Shown in pieces: positions 20,000-29,140 of a DNA stretch of 64,000 nt (the stretch's first letter is position 1; the number at the start of each line of letters is the position of its first letter). Source of the DNA: an uncultured Hyphomicrobiales bacterium. GTDB taxonomy: Bacteria > Bacteroidota > Ignavibacteria > Kapaibacteriales > UBA2268. Under the pieces are notes generated by a model, which did not search any database, was not told where the DNA came from, and saw nothing but the letters and a program-made list of their open reading frames with translations. The DNA lies in assembly GCA_964634885.1 (NCBI GenBank), contig CAZWLN010000011.1, positions 7,216 to 71,215 of the forward strand, given 5' to 3'. The translations under genes were made by a program, and so were the position numbers.

Positions 20000-22963
20000 A
20001 TGAAAATATTAATAGTTGATGACAATCAGGAAAGCCTGGAAAAGACAGAATTACTTTTCAGAAGAAACAACCATCGCGTTCATTCTGCTATCGGCGGCAT
20101 GCTGGCGCTTAAGAAGCTTCGTTCCGAAAAGTATGATATAATCATCTCCGAAATACAAATGCCGGCTATGGATGGTTTCAAACTGTGCAAGGAATGCAAA
20201 AAAGATATTGAATTGAGAAATATATGTTTTATATTCTATACAGGAACATTTGTCGATGATAAGGATGAAGAATTTGCTTTATTGTTAGGCGCACAGAGAT
20301 TGATACGCAAGCCACAAGAACCGGAAGTTCTTCACAGTATTATTAAGGAAATAATTGAAAAAAAAGGGAATTCCCAAATTGTACCGAAGAACATTATTGA
20401 AAAAGATGGAAGAGAGTGGCATAAGCTTATCAGTGAACGCCTGGTTACAAAAATAGAGAATAAGAATCATGATTTGGAAAATGAAATAGCTTCATATAAA
20501 AGTACGTTGAAAGCATTGAGCGCATCTGAAATCCAGTATCGCCGACTGTTTGAATCGGCAAAAGACGGCATTTTGATTCTCGACACAGACACTGGAAAGG
20601 TCGTTGACGTTAATCCCTATTTAATCAATATTTTACACAATAATTACGAACAAATCATCGGAAAAGCAGTGTGGGAATTGGGATTTTTAAATGATGTTAT
20701 TGCCAGCTATGACAAGTTCTATGAGTTATGTCAAAGGGAATACGTGCGTTACGAAGATTTGCCGCTTAAAACTGCCGACGGAAAACGTGTCGATGTGGAA
20801 TTTGTCAGCAATGTCTATCTCGTAAATAGCAACAAGGTTATCCAATGTAATATTCGCAATATTAGTGAACATAAGATAAAAGAAGATCAACTGAAACTTT
20901 TTGCCGTTATTCTCGAGCAATTGAACAGGCAAGATGAATGGCAAATTCTGATCAGCGATATATTGAAAGAATTAAAATTGTTTTCGGGATTCGATTCGGT
21001 AGGAATCCGGCTGAAGAATGGGAACGATTATCCATATTATCTTCAATATGGTTTTACAGAAGCAATTCTTACTGAGGAAAACAGGCTTTGTGCGACAAAC
21101 AAATATGGTTCCATAGACATGGATCAGGATGGCATGCCGGTACTTGAGTGTCAATGCGGAGTTGTGTTGTCAGGTAAAACAGATTCAGGAAAGCCTTATT
21201 ATACCAAAGGCGGCAGCTTTTGGACTAATCAATTTAGCGAATTAGAAGAGATGGGGTCCAATGATGACATTAGTACGCAAACCAGGAATAATTGCATTCA
21301 TTCAGGTTATATGTCTGTGGCATTACTACCGATTGTTACCGGCAATAAGACGGCCGGATTGCTGCAATTCAGTTGCAAACAACCCGATATGTTTACACTT
21401 AGCCTGATTGAATTCTATGAAAAAATTGCCTCGACTATCGGGATTGCTTATAACAGAATTCAGTCGGGAGAGAAAATCAGAAAAAGCGAAATCAAATATC
21501 GCGACTTAGTTGATAATGCATTGGTCGGTGTTTATCGAACTTCTTTGGAAGGCGAGATCACATATTGTAACGAAGCCATGCTAAATATATTAGAATTTGA
21601 AGGCAACGATTATAAAGAATTGAATACAAATGTTTCGTATAGGAATTCAGACGAAAGAAATTTATTGATAAATACAATCCGGGATGCCGGAACAATAAAC
21701 AATTTTGAAACTGAATTAATTACTTACAAGGGGAAAAAGATACATGTTGTTATTAACGGTAAGCTTGACGGCAATCAGCTTTCCGGTATGATACTCGACG
21801 ACACAGAACGCAAACTGGCTGAGCGGGAACTAAAGAAAGCACTCGAAAAAGCCGAAGAAAGAGACAAACTGAAAACCGCTTTCCTACACAATATGTCACA
21901 CGAAATACGAACCCCTCTGAATGGTATCATAGGGTTCTCTGAATTGCTTAAAAATGATGATATTACACGTGATGATATAGCCGAATTTACGGATATAATC
22001 AAGCGAAGCGGAAAAAGGCTTATTGAAATAGTGAATAATGTTCTCGAAATTGCCAGAATTGAGACAGGGCAAGTACAAATGGAAAAAAGACAAATTAATA
22101 TTAATTCAATTCTATCAGACTTATTTGACTTTTTTGCTCCATTGGCAAAGGTTAAGAGTCTTAATTTGGATTACCATATTTATAAAAATGATAAAAAAGT
22201 GCTGGTATATACTGATGAAACGAAGCTGCATCAGATACTTACCAATTTGATAAACAATGCAATAAAGTTTACCAAATCCGGCAGCATAGATTTTGGCTAT
22301 GTAATCAAAGGTAATACTGTTCAATTCTATGTAAAAGACACAGGAATCGGTATCCCGCCTGAGTTTATGGATAAAATCTTTAACAGGTTCATTCAGGTCG
22401 GACAGCCGCTTTCGAATGAGCATGAAGGAGCCGGGCTTGGGCTGGCTATTTGCAAAAGCCTGGTAGAATTGCTCGAAGGCAGAATATGGATTGAATCTGA
22501 AATTAACAAGGGTTCTACATTTTACTTTACATTGCCATATACTCCCGATGCAATACCAGCCAGGATAAATATTACATATACCGAAAACACAATTAAACAA
22601 ACTCCCGGAAAAATCCTGGTTGTTGAGGACGATCTGACAAGTTTCATGTATCTTAACAAACTTTTGGGAAAGCATGATATTTTTCCTTTACATGCTAAAA
22701 ATGGTAAACAGGCGGTCGATTTTGTAAATAATACACCAAGCATCGAATTAATACTAATGGATATAAAAATGCCATTAATGGACGGTATCGAAGCAATGAA
22801 AAAAATAAAGGAAATAAGGCCCGATTTACATGTCATTGCTCTGACAGCTTATGCTTTCACCGAGGAACGAAACAACATCCTATCCATCGGCTTTGATGAC
22901 TATATAGCAAAACCGATTGGAAAAGAGGCAATATTGGATGTCATTTGTAATTATATGAAATAG
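20000..22963 (+). CDS. Hybrid sensor kinase (REC-PAS-GAF-PAS-HisKA-HATPase-REC)
   Basis: H-box HNMSHEIRTP, N/G boxes (NNAIKFT, DTGIGI, GAGLGL), C-terminal REC LMDIKMP; the N-terminal REC has E at the phospho-Asp position. Confidence 0.92.
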   Translation: MKILIVDDNQESLEKTELLFRRNNHRVHSAIGGMLALKKLRSEKYDIIISEIQMPAMDGFKLCKECKKDIELRNICFIFYTGTFVDDKDEEFALLLGAQRLIRKPQEPEVLHSIIKEIIEKKGNSQIVPKNIIEKDGREWHKLISERLVTKIENKNHDLENEIASYKSTLKALSASEIQYRRLFESAKDGILILDTDTGKVVDVNPYLINILHNNYEQIIGKAVWELGFLNDVIASYDKFYELCQREYVRYEDLPLKTADGKRVDVEFVSNVYLVNSNKVIQCNIRNISEHKIKEDQLKLFAVILEQLNRQDEWQILISDILKELKLFSGFDSVGIRLKNGNDYPYYLQYGFTEAILTEENRLCATNKYGSIDMDQDGMPVLECQCGVVLSGKTDSGKPYYTKGGSFWTNQFSELEEMGSNDDISTQTRNNCIHSGYMSVALLPIVTGNKTAGLLQFSCKQPDMFTLSLIEFYEKIASTIGIAYNRIQSGEKIRKSEIKYRDLVDNALVGVYRTSLEGEITYCNEAMLNILEFEGNDYKELNTNVSYRNSDERNLLINTIRDAGTINNFETELITYKGKKIHVVINGKLDGNQLSGMILDDTERKLAERELKKALEKAEERDKLKTAFLHNMSHEIRTPLNGIIGFSELLKNDDITRDDIAEFTDIIKRSGKRLIEIVNNVLEIARIETGQVQMEKRQININSILSDLFDFFAPLAKVKSLNLDYHIYKNDKKVLVYTDETKLHQILTNLINNAIKFTKSGSIDFGYVIKGNTVQFYVKDTGIGIPPEFMDKIFNRFIQVGQPLSNEHEGAGLGLAICKSLVELLEGRIWIESEINKGSTFYFTLPYTPDAIPARINITYTENTIKQTPGKILVVEDDLTSFMYLNKLLGKHDIFPLHAKNGKQAVDFVNNTPSIELILMDIKMPLMDGIEAMKKIKEIRPDLHVIALTAYAFTEERNNILSIGFDDYIAKPIGKEAILDVICNYMK

Positions 22964-23106
22964 ATATTCAGACTCTCCGATTAAAAAGAATTGGATTCCC
23001 ACATGCATATCAATTTCCGGATCCTGAATGCCATATTCTGTGTGTCAGACCACAGCCGTTGCATTTCTCAGTCACAGGTATATGCAAACCTTTGCCGTGC
23101 AGAGAA

Positions 23107-23445
23107 TTACATATAGCCGTTTTTGATGACGGTCAGAATCATCTTAAACCGTTCATTCGCCCTGATAATATGAGCTGAATGTGCCGGAATGACAATTGAA
23201 CTGCCGGTTTCAATAAATTTTGCTTCTGAGTTGATAATAATTTCGGCCCTGCCTTCGATGACCTGCGCAAAAGAATCAAAAGGAATGGTTCTTTCGTCCA
23301 AAGCTTCCCCGTCGTCGAAAGACATGACAGAAACGTTTCCGGTAGCCTTTTTAATAATTGTTTTACTGACAATCGTATGAGGTTCATACTCTATTATTTC
23401 AACCAGGATTACCGGTTGCGACTTAACTATTTCGACACTGTTCAT
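23107..23445 (-). CDS. Cupin domain protein
   Basis: VMSFDDGE, QVIEGRAEII, IVIPAHSAHII. Confidence 0.85.
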   Translation of the reverse strand: MNSVEIVKSQPVILVEIIEYEPHTIVSKTIIKKATGNVSVMSFDDGEALDERTIPFDSFAQVIEGRAEIIINSEAKFIETGSSIVIPAHSAHIIRANERFKMILTVIKNGYM

Positions 23446-23490
23446 TGTAAATCCTGATTATTAATTTGTAAAATCTTTTTTATTATAGTA

Positions 23491-24456
23491 TCATTGCTGG
23501 TCATCAAGCCATTTCAGTAGTTCTTTGACGCTACCTGTTGCAAGGGCAATACACATGTCGGCAGCCCCATAATATACGTTAATAGTATCGCCGTCGGGTG
23601 CAATGGTGTGGCCGCAAGGGAACACGACTTTATTGACATCGCCTGTCAACTCGTATTGCTCTTCAGGACCAAACATCCAGTCATCAGACCGTTTAATGCA
23701 GAGTTCAGGCTTGTTCAAATCGAATAATGCCAGGCCCAGCCTGTAAATACAGCCGGCAGCATTTTGCTTGACACCATGATATATAATCAGCCAGCCGTCC
23801 GGCGTTTCAATTGGTGTAGATGAGAGCCCGATCTTATTGGCATCCCACCAACTGCCTCTCCTGGCTTCCATCATCAGTTTGTGGCTTCCCCAATGCCTTA
23901 AGTCGGGTGAATATGAAATCCAGATATGCGCCCTTGGAGAACTTACGGGACGATGAATTAAAGCCCAGTAATCGCCGATACGATGGGGCAGTAATGCCGC
24001 ATCCTTGTCTTCGGGCGACATAATAATGCCATATCGCTCAAAGGTGTGGAAGTCTTCCGTGAAAGCAAGCGCCACTCCGGGACCTTCAACTGCATATGCC
24101 GTATAGACGACAGCGTATTTTTTCAATTCCGGGACCCATGTAACGCGTGGGTCTTCAATGCCCCAGATTTCCTCGGGGAAATTCTCGGGTTCGGGCCTTA
24201 ATGTCCCTTCTTTATCGATAGCCCAATTATCTACCCCATTCTTTGAACGAGCGGCACAAAGATGAGACTGGCCGTTTCTTTCCTCTACACGGCACAGCAA
24301 CAGGGTTGTCCCGTCTTCCAAAAGAGTGGCGCCCGCGTTAAAAACACTGTTTACCGGATAGGGCCAATCGTCGGAAGTCAGTATTGGATTGTGCTTATAT
24401 CGGTGTAACAGTTTTATATATTGATGTCCCATTTTTTTCTTGTTGTTTTTTATCAT
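23491..24456 (-). CDS. GH130 family glycoside phosphorylase/glycosidase
   Basis: VFNAGA, GIEDPRV, KDAALLP, HRP, KIG, YHGV, VVFPCG, YYGAAD; ATGA overlap with the upstream glycosyltransferase. Confidence 0.9.
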   Translation of the reverse strand: MIKNNKKKMGHQYIKLLHRYKHNPILTSDDWPYPVNSVFNAGATLLEDGTTLLLCRVEERNGQSHLCAARSKNGVDNWAIDKEGTLRPEPENFPEEIWGIEDPRVTWVPELKKYAVVYTAYAVEGPGVALAFTEDFHTFERYGIIMSPEDKDAALLPHRIGDYWALIHRPVSSPRAHIWISYSPDLRHWGSHKLMMEARRGSWWDANKIGLSSTPIETPDGWLIIYHGVKQNAAGCIYRLGLALFDLNKPELCIKRSDDWMFGPEEQYELTGDVNKVVFPCGHTIAPDGDTINVYYGAADMCIALATGSVKELLKWLDDQQ

Positions 24457-26723
24457 AAAATTAAATTTTCAATATACCTCATCTCCAGAAGTGATTGTAG
24501 GAATGCCAATGTGGATTCGGCCCCCTGGTTTTCATTTGTTCTGTCGCTATGTAAGCCGTCGCGGCAACCACCGGTCGTTGGGTCGTAAATGGATAGATTC
24601 AGGTCATTCCTGCCAAGGAACCATTCGAATGCCCGCCGGGCTTCCTGACGCCAGCGTTCTTCGCCGGTAATCCTGTACGCTTCGAGACAGGCTGAAACCA
24701 TGGTTTGAGCCTCGACCGGCTGTTGGTCGAACCTTGCGCGTTCTCCGTTCCTGGGGAAAAATCCATTCGAACCGATGGGCACAAAATGTCCGCCTACCGA
24801 ATCGGCTTTCTGCAAATCGGCTAACCATTGCAGCGATTCGAGGCCTTTTTCTGTCATGGAACTGTTGGGTATCGAACTTCCGCCTATTAATAATGCATGC
24901 GGCAAAGCAGCATTGCAATAGCTCAGGCTCTTTTCAAACCACGGCCAGTTTGGGGAATGAATATTTTCATACAACGCAAGTAACCGTTCAGCCAATTCCG
25001 AACGTACATGACTTACCTTGCTGTCGCCCGCAAATCGTTGAGAATACTCGTTAATGCCCATGAGAGCGAAGGACCATGCGCGGGGGCTTGTCATTGTGAG
25101 AATAGCGGGCAGGGCCTGTTCGAAAAGCCTACCGGCAAGGCTTTGCAGAGAAGGCGTTTTTGACCTCCCCAGCACGGTGCCTAATGACCAAAGAGTTCGG
25201 CCGTGGCTGTCGTCTGAACCTGCTGTTTCAAGCCAATTGCGCCGGAAGTCAAGAAAATTCCTGAAATGGCCGTTGCCGCTGTTGAAAGCATACATAATGA
25301 ACGCAAGGTACCGGGAAGCCATTTTTGACGCTTCTCCGTTGTACACTGATTCCAACAAAATGCTGACAATCAGGGCACGGGCATTGTCGTCCGTTGTGTA
25401 TCCTTCTTCGTAGTTAGGTACAGAAAATACAGCATGTTGAAATATTCCCGTATCGTCCGTCATCCTTAACAGATGGTCGAGTTTGAGAGGTGGAAGTTCC
25501 CCGGGCTTTTCGTTCAAAGTCTTAACGACATGAACCGGGTGTTTTGTAGAATTCATGCGCTCTACACGTGCGCGCTGGAAGCTCTCCATATAGTGTTGTG
25601 CCGACTTGGACCATAACATCTCCCTGCCGAACATATAGGCCCGTTTACGCATCGCATGGCGGTTCTGTTCGTCGTCGAGCAGTCTGATTACCTGTTCCGA
25701 AAGAGTTTCAGGATCGTGAAAAGGCACAAGTACACCACGCTCTTCAGCCAGCATTTCTTCGGCATACCAATAGGGTGTGGAAATGACTGCTTTGCCGGCT
25801 CCCAGAGTGTAAGCCAGCGTGCCAGACGTGATCTGCGTTTCATTAAGATAGGGTGTGATGTATATATCAGCGGCGCCGATGAACTGAATCAGTTCATCAA
25901 TACTAACGAAGCGGTTATAGAATATTACCTGGCTTTCAACACCGTTCTCATGCGCCAGCCATTGAAGGGACAATCGGTAGTTTTCACCGTCGTTGCGTTT
26001 CACATGAGGGTGCGTTTCACCAAGAACAATATATACTACATTAGGATGGCGTTCAATAATTTTCGGAAGGGCTGAGATTACACTCTCTATTCCTTTGCTT
26101 GGGGACAGCAATCCAAAAGTTAACAATACGGTTTTGCCTTCGACGCTGAACAAGTCCTTGTGAAAACTCGGGTCGACAAAAGGTACGTCGGGTATGCCGT
26201 GATGGATCATGTCGATTTTTTCGGGTGGTACTTTGTATATATCCTGAAGGAATTCGGCTCCTCTTTCGCTCATTACTACCAATCTGTCCGAAAGAGCAGC
26301 AACTTTGTCAAGCACTAATTTCTGATCCTGATTCGGCTCTCGTAAAATTGTATGCAATGTTGTTACAATGGGCATCGTCAGTTCCCGCAATAAAGTAATG
26401 ATATGGCTTCCTGCCCTGCCTCCGAAAATACCGTATTCGAATTGAAGACATACGATATCGACATTATTAATATTTAAGAAATCGGAAGCACGACGATACG
26501 ACTCTATATCCTTTTCCATCAGTTCGAACCTTACCCGCGAGGGATAGTCATATCCTTCCTCGATGTCGTTGACGGGAATTGCGATGCAGGTCGTATTTGG
26601 GTATTCATCGGCGATGGCTTCGCTCAGGTCGGTAGTAAATGTTGCTATGCCACACTGCCGTGGCAAATAATTACCGATGAAAGCTATCCTGTTTATCGAT
26701 TTATTTTTTAAATTCTTTGACAT
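24453..26723 (-). CDS. GT4 glycosyltransferase fused to a C-terminal (alpha/alpha)-toroid glycosidase-like domain
   Basis: N-terminal GT-B domain (PRQCGIATFT, QFEYGIFGG, GLLSPSKGIE, SGTLAY, STPYWYAEE); C-terminal DDTGIFQHA, YTTDDNAR, FDQQPVEA, NQGAESTL. Confidence 0.88.
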   Translation of the reverse strand: MSKNLKNKSINRIAFIGNYLPRQCGIATFTTDLSEAIADEYPNTTCIAIPVNDIEEGYDYPSRVRFELMEKDIESYRRASDFLNINNVDIVCLQFEYGIFGGRAGSHIITLLRELTMPIVTTLHTILREPNQDQKLVLDKVAALSDRLVVMSERGAEFLQDIYKVPPEKIDMIHHGIPDVPFVDPSFHKDLFSVEGKTVLLTFGLLSPSKGIESVISALPKIIERHPNVVYIVLGETHPHVKRNDGENYRLSLQWLAHENGVESQVIFYNRFVSIDELIQFIGAADIYITPYLNETQITSGTLAYTLGAGKAVISTPYWYAEEMLAEERGVLVPFHDPETLSEQVIRLLDDEQNRHAMRKRAYMFGREMLWSKSAQHYMESFQRARVERMNSTKHPVHVVKTLNEKPGELPPLKLDHLLRMTDDTGIFQHAVFSVPNYEEGYTTDDNARALIVSILLESVYNGEASKMASRYLAFIMYAFNSGNGHFRNFLDFRRNWLETAGSDDSHGRTLWSLGTVLGRSKTPSLQSLAGRLFEQALPAILTMTSPRAWSFALMGINEYSQRFAGDSKVSHVRSELAERLLALYENIHSPNWPWFEKSLSYCNAALPHALLIGGSSIPNSSMTEKGLESLQWLADLQKADSVGGHFVPIGSNGFFPRNGERARFDQQPVEAQTMVSACLEAYRITGEERWRQEARRAFEWFLGRNDLNLSIYDPTTGGCRDGLHSDRTNENQGAESTLAFLQSLLEMRYIENLIL

Positions 26724-26739
26724 ATTACTAATCCTGCTA

Positions 26740-27597
26740 TTACTTGGGAAGCAAAGACTTTACTCCTGCCAATTCCCCGATTATATTAACCAACTCGGAT
26801 CCCTGTGGAACGATTACCTTGGCATTGTTTGCAAGAGAATTCTCAACAGCTTCGAGTTTTCTCATCAATTGCGCATTGCCGATGAAGTATTGATCAGCGG
26901 CTTCATTGACCAATTTTATAGAAGCGGCGTCGCCTTCGGCGTGCAATATCTTTGCCTGGCGGTATCCTTCGGCTTCCTTGATTTTTGCGCGTTTTTCGCC
27001 GTCAGCTACCGTTTCTCTTGCCGAGGCAAAGTCAACTGCTGCCACTTTTTCATTTTCAGCTTTTACGACTTTGTTCATTGTCTCTTGTACATCAGAGGGC
27101 GGGTCAATCTCTTTCAGTTCGGTTCGGACGATTTCGATTCCCCAGTTATGTGTTTCTTCGAGCAGCGTTCTGTGCAGTTCGGCGTTGATCTTTCCTCTTT
27201 CGCTGTTGGCGGACTTCAGGGTCAGGGTACCAATTATGTTCCTCAGAGTCGTTCGTGCAAGGTTGACAATCTGGTACATATAATTGTTGACATTGTACTG
27301 CGAGTTTTTTACGCTTTCTTCGTCCGATTTGACCTTGAAATAGACCTGGGCGTCAACCTTTGCGTTCAGGTTGTCATTGGTAATAATCTCCTGGCGTTCC
27401 GCATTGATCATCGATTCGGTTACATTTACCCTGTACATCCGTTCGATAAATGGGAATACCCAGTGAAAGCCCGGCTCGGCAAACCTGTTGTATTTACCCA
27501 GGCGCTCGGTCAATCCCCTGTGAGTAGGCCTGACAATCCTTACGCCGCTCCAAACAAATAATACGACGAACAGAGCTCCTCCCAAAATAATTTCCAT
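26740..27597 (-). CDS. SPFH/band 7 membrane protein
   Basis: N-terminal TM, ERLGKY..PGFHW, ITNDNLNAKVDA, WGIEIVRTELKEI. Confidence 0.93.
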   Translation of the reverse strand: MEIILGGALFVVLFVWSGVRIVRPTHRGLTERLGKYNRFAEPGFHWVFPFIERMYRVNVTESMINAERQEIITNDNLNAKVDAQVYFKVKSDEESVKNSQYNVNNYMYQIVNLARTTLRNIIGTLTLKSANSERGKINAELHRTLLEETHNWGIEIVRTELKEIDPPSDVQETMNKVVKAENEKVAAVDFASARETVADGEKRAKIKEAEGYRQAKILHAEGDAASIKLVNEAADQYFIGNAQLMRKLEAVENSLANNAKVIVPQGSELVNIIGELAGVKSLLPK

Positions 27598-27655
27598 ACA
27601 AACCTCCTATATATTTTTACAATTCCAAACAGAAAGTACCAGCCGACTTCTGATA

Positions 27656-27919
27656 TTAACAGTATCTTCTGACGGTATCCTTTTTATCCTGTGCAATACG
27701 AACTGATATTTTCCTGCCGTCCATGTCCGAATTGTTAAGCTTATTTATAGCTCTGCGGGCATCGTCATCAGCCATTTCAAGGAAACCGTAACCACGGGAT
27801 CTTCCTGTCTCTTTGTCAGTAATTATTTTCAAAGACTCTATATCGCCATATTCATAAAATTCGGACTTCAATTCGTCTTCGGTAACACTGTTGGGAAGAT
27901 TCCCCACAAATAGTATCAT
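27656..27919 (-). CDS. RNA-binding protein, single RRM domain (copy 2)
   Basis: LFVGNL and RGYGFLEM; about 53/87 residues identical to copy 1 by manual alignment. Confidence 0.95.
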   Translation of the reverse strand: MILFVGNLPNSVTEDELKSEFYEYGDIESLKIITDKETGRSRGYGFLEMADDDARRAINKLNNSDMDGRKISVRIAQDKKDTVRRYC

Positions 27920-27971
27920 ACATTATCCTGAATAGATAATTAAACCAGGTTTTAACCTGTTTATTTCCGGA

Positions 27972-28037
27972 TACAAAGTTATGGTATTGAAAACAAGTAA
28001 AATTACAGAACTTCGGGAATTACTAACATAATTCACA
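27972..28037 (-). promoter_or_regulatory. Promoter of the RRM2-SPFH-GT4-GH130-cupin operon: -7 box plus operator (copy 3), overlapping the AraC stop codon
   Basis: Minus strand TGTGAATTATGTTA-N12-GTTCTGTAAT, then 20 nt, then TAACTTTGTA. Confidence 0.7.
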
Positions 28038-28593
28038 CATTGTTTATTCCGTGCCTTCTTTGGTTGCTCATCTTTTTGAAAAAAGTAGGGGTTAAACCGG
28101 TTACTTTCTTGAATTGATTGGATAGATGCTGGACGCTGCTGTAATGGAGCTTCCAGGCGATCTCCGAGAGATTGAGCTCGTTGTAAACCAACAATTCTTT
28201 TACGCGTTCGATTTTGTGGCGGATAATAAATTGCTCAATGGTTGTACCGTGGACTTCCGAGAACAGATTGGAAATATATGTATAATCGTAATTCAGTTTT
28301 TCGCTTAGATACTGGGAAAAGTTGATTTTCAATTCATCATCCGAATAATGAATAAGCTCGATGATTATGCTTTTTATCTTTTCGATCAACTGCGATCTCT
28401 TATCTACAAGCAATTCGAGGCCCGTTTTCCTTAGGTTCTTGTCGAGTTGCTCCAGTTGTTCAGACGATATGCTTCCGACAACGTTTACTTCGCCCAGTTC
28501 GAGGTTGTTGTATTGAATCCCGATCTTTTCGAGTTCCGATTGCAACACCATCTTACAGCGAATGCAAACCATATTTTTAATGAATATTTTCAT
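28033..28593 (-). CDS. AraC-family transcriptional regulator with N-terminal CxxC (HMA-like) domain
   Basis: KNMVCIRC N-terminus; C-terminal AraC double HTH (LSEIAWKLHYSSVQHLSNQFKKVTGLTPT). Start at MKIFIK preferred. Confidence 0.92.
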   Translation of the reverse strand: MKIFIKNMVCIRCKMVLQSELEKIGIQYNNLELGEVNVVGSISSEQLEQLDKNLRKTGLELLVDKRSQLIEKIKSIIIELIHYSDDELKINFSQYLSEKLNYDYTYISNLFSEVHGTTIEQFIIRHKIERVKELLVYNELNLSEIAWKLHYSSVQHLSNQFKKVTGLTPTFFKKMSNQRRHGINNV

Positions 28594-28628
28594 AATATCA
28601 GTCCAATTTATCAAAATTCAACTTAATC

Positions 28629-28638
28629 TACAAAATTA
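28629..28638 (-). promoter_or_regulatory. -7 promoter box of the AraC gene
   Basis: Minus strand TAATTTTGTA, 36 bp upstream of ATG 28593; identical to the RRM1 box. Confidence 0.5.
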
Positions 28639-28888
28639 TTTCTTAATAATAAAATTACTATCCCTTGTTATTCCTCGTTTTATATGAGTCATGCCGTTTT
28701 TTCAGAGAACCTGTTTTTTCCGACAATGAATGAAGTATGTCTGAAAAATTGTAAGGAAATCGAAATGAATTCTTTATACTCCTTCAAATGATTGCCGGTG
28801 GCGAATATATATGGAAACTTTCGAAGGCCGGGGAAACAAAAAGATTATTAATTTTGTTGTAATAAGGGTTAAATCAAATTGAAAAATT

Positions 28889-29140
28889 ATGAATGATAAA
28901 GAAAACAGTTTAGCGTCCCCCGATGCACACATACTCTTAGAGTTAGTGAAAACATCAATGCCTTACGGCAGGTATGCAGGTACCGTCCTGTGCGACCTGC
29001 CCGTCTCATACCTCGAATGGTTCGAGCGCACAGGGTTTCCCGAGGGCAGGCTGGGAATGCTGCTACGGACGATGTTCGAGATAAAGATTAACGGGCTGGA
29101 CTACCTTCTGCAACCTCTCAAGAGGAGGTCTTTCAGTTGA
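28889..29140 (+). CDS. DUF3820 family protein
   Basis: MPYGRYAG..LCDLP..YLEWF...GFPEGRLG...EIKINGL. Confidence 0.88.
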   Translation: MNDKENSLASPDAHILLELVKTSMPYGRYAGTVLCDLPVSYLEWFERTGFPEGRLGMLLRTMFEIKINGLDYLLQPLKRRSFS

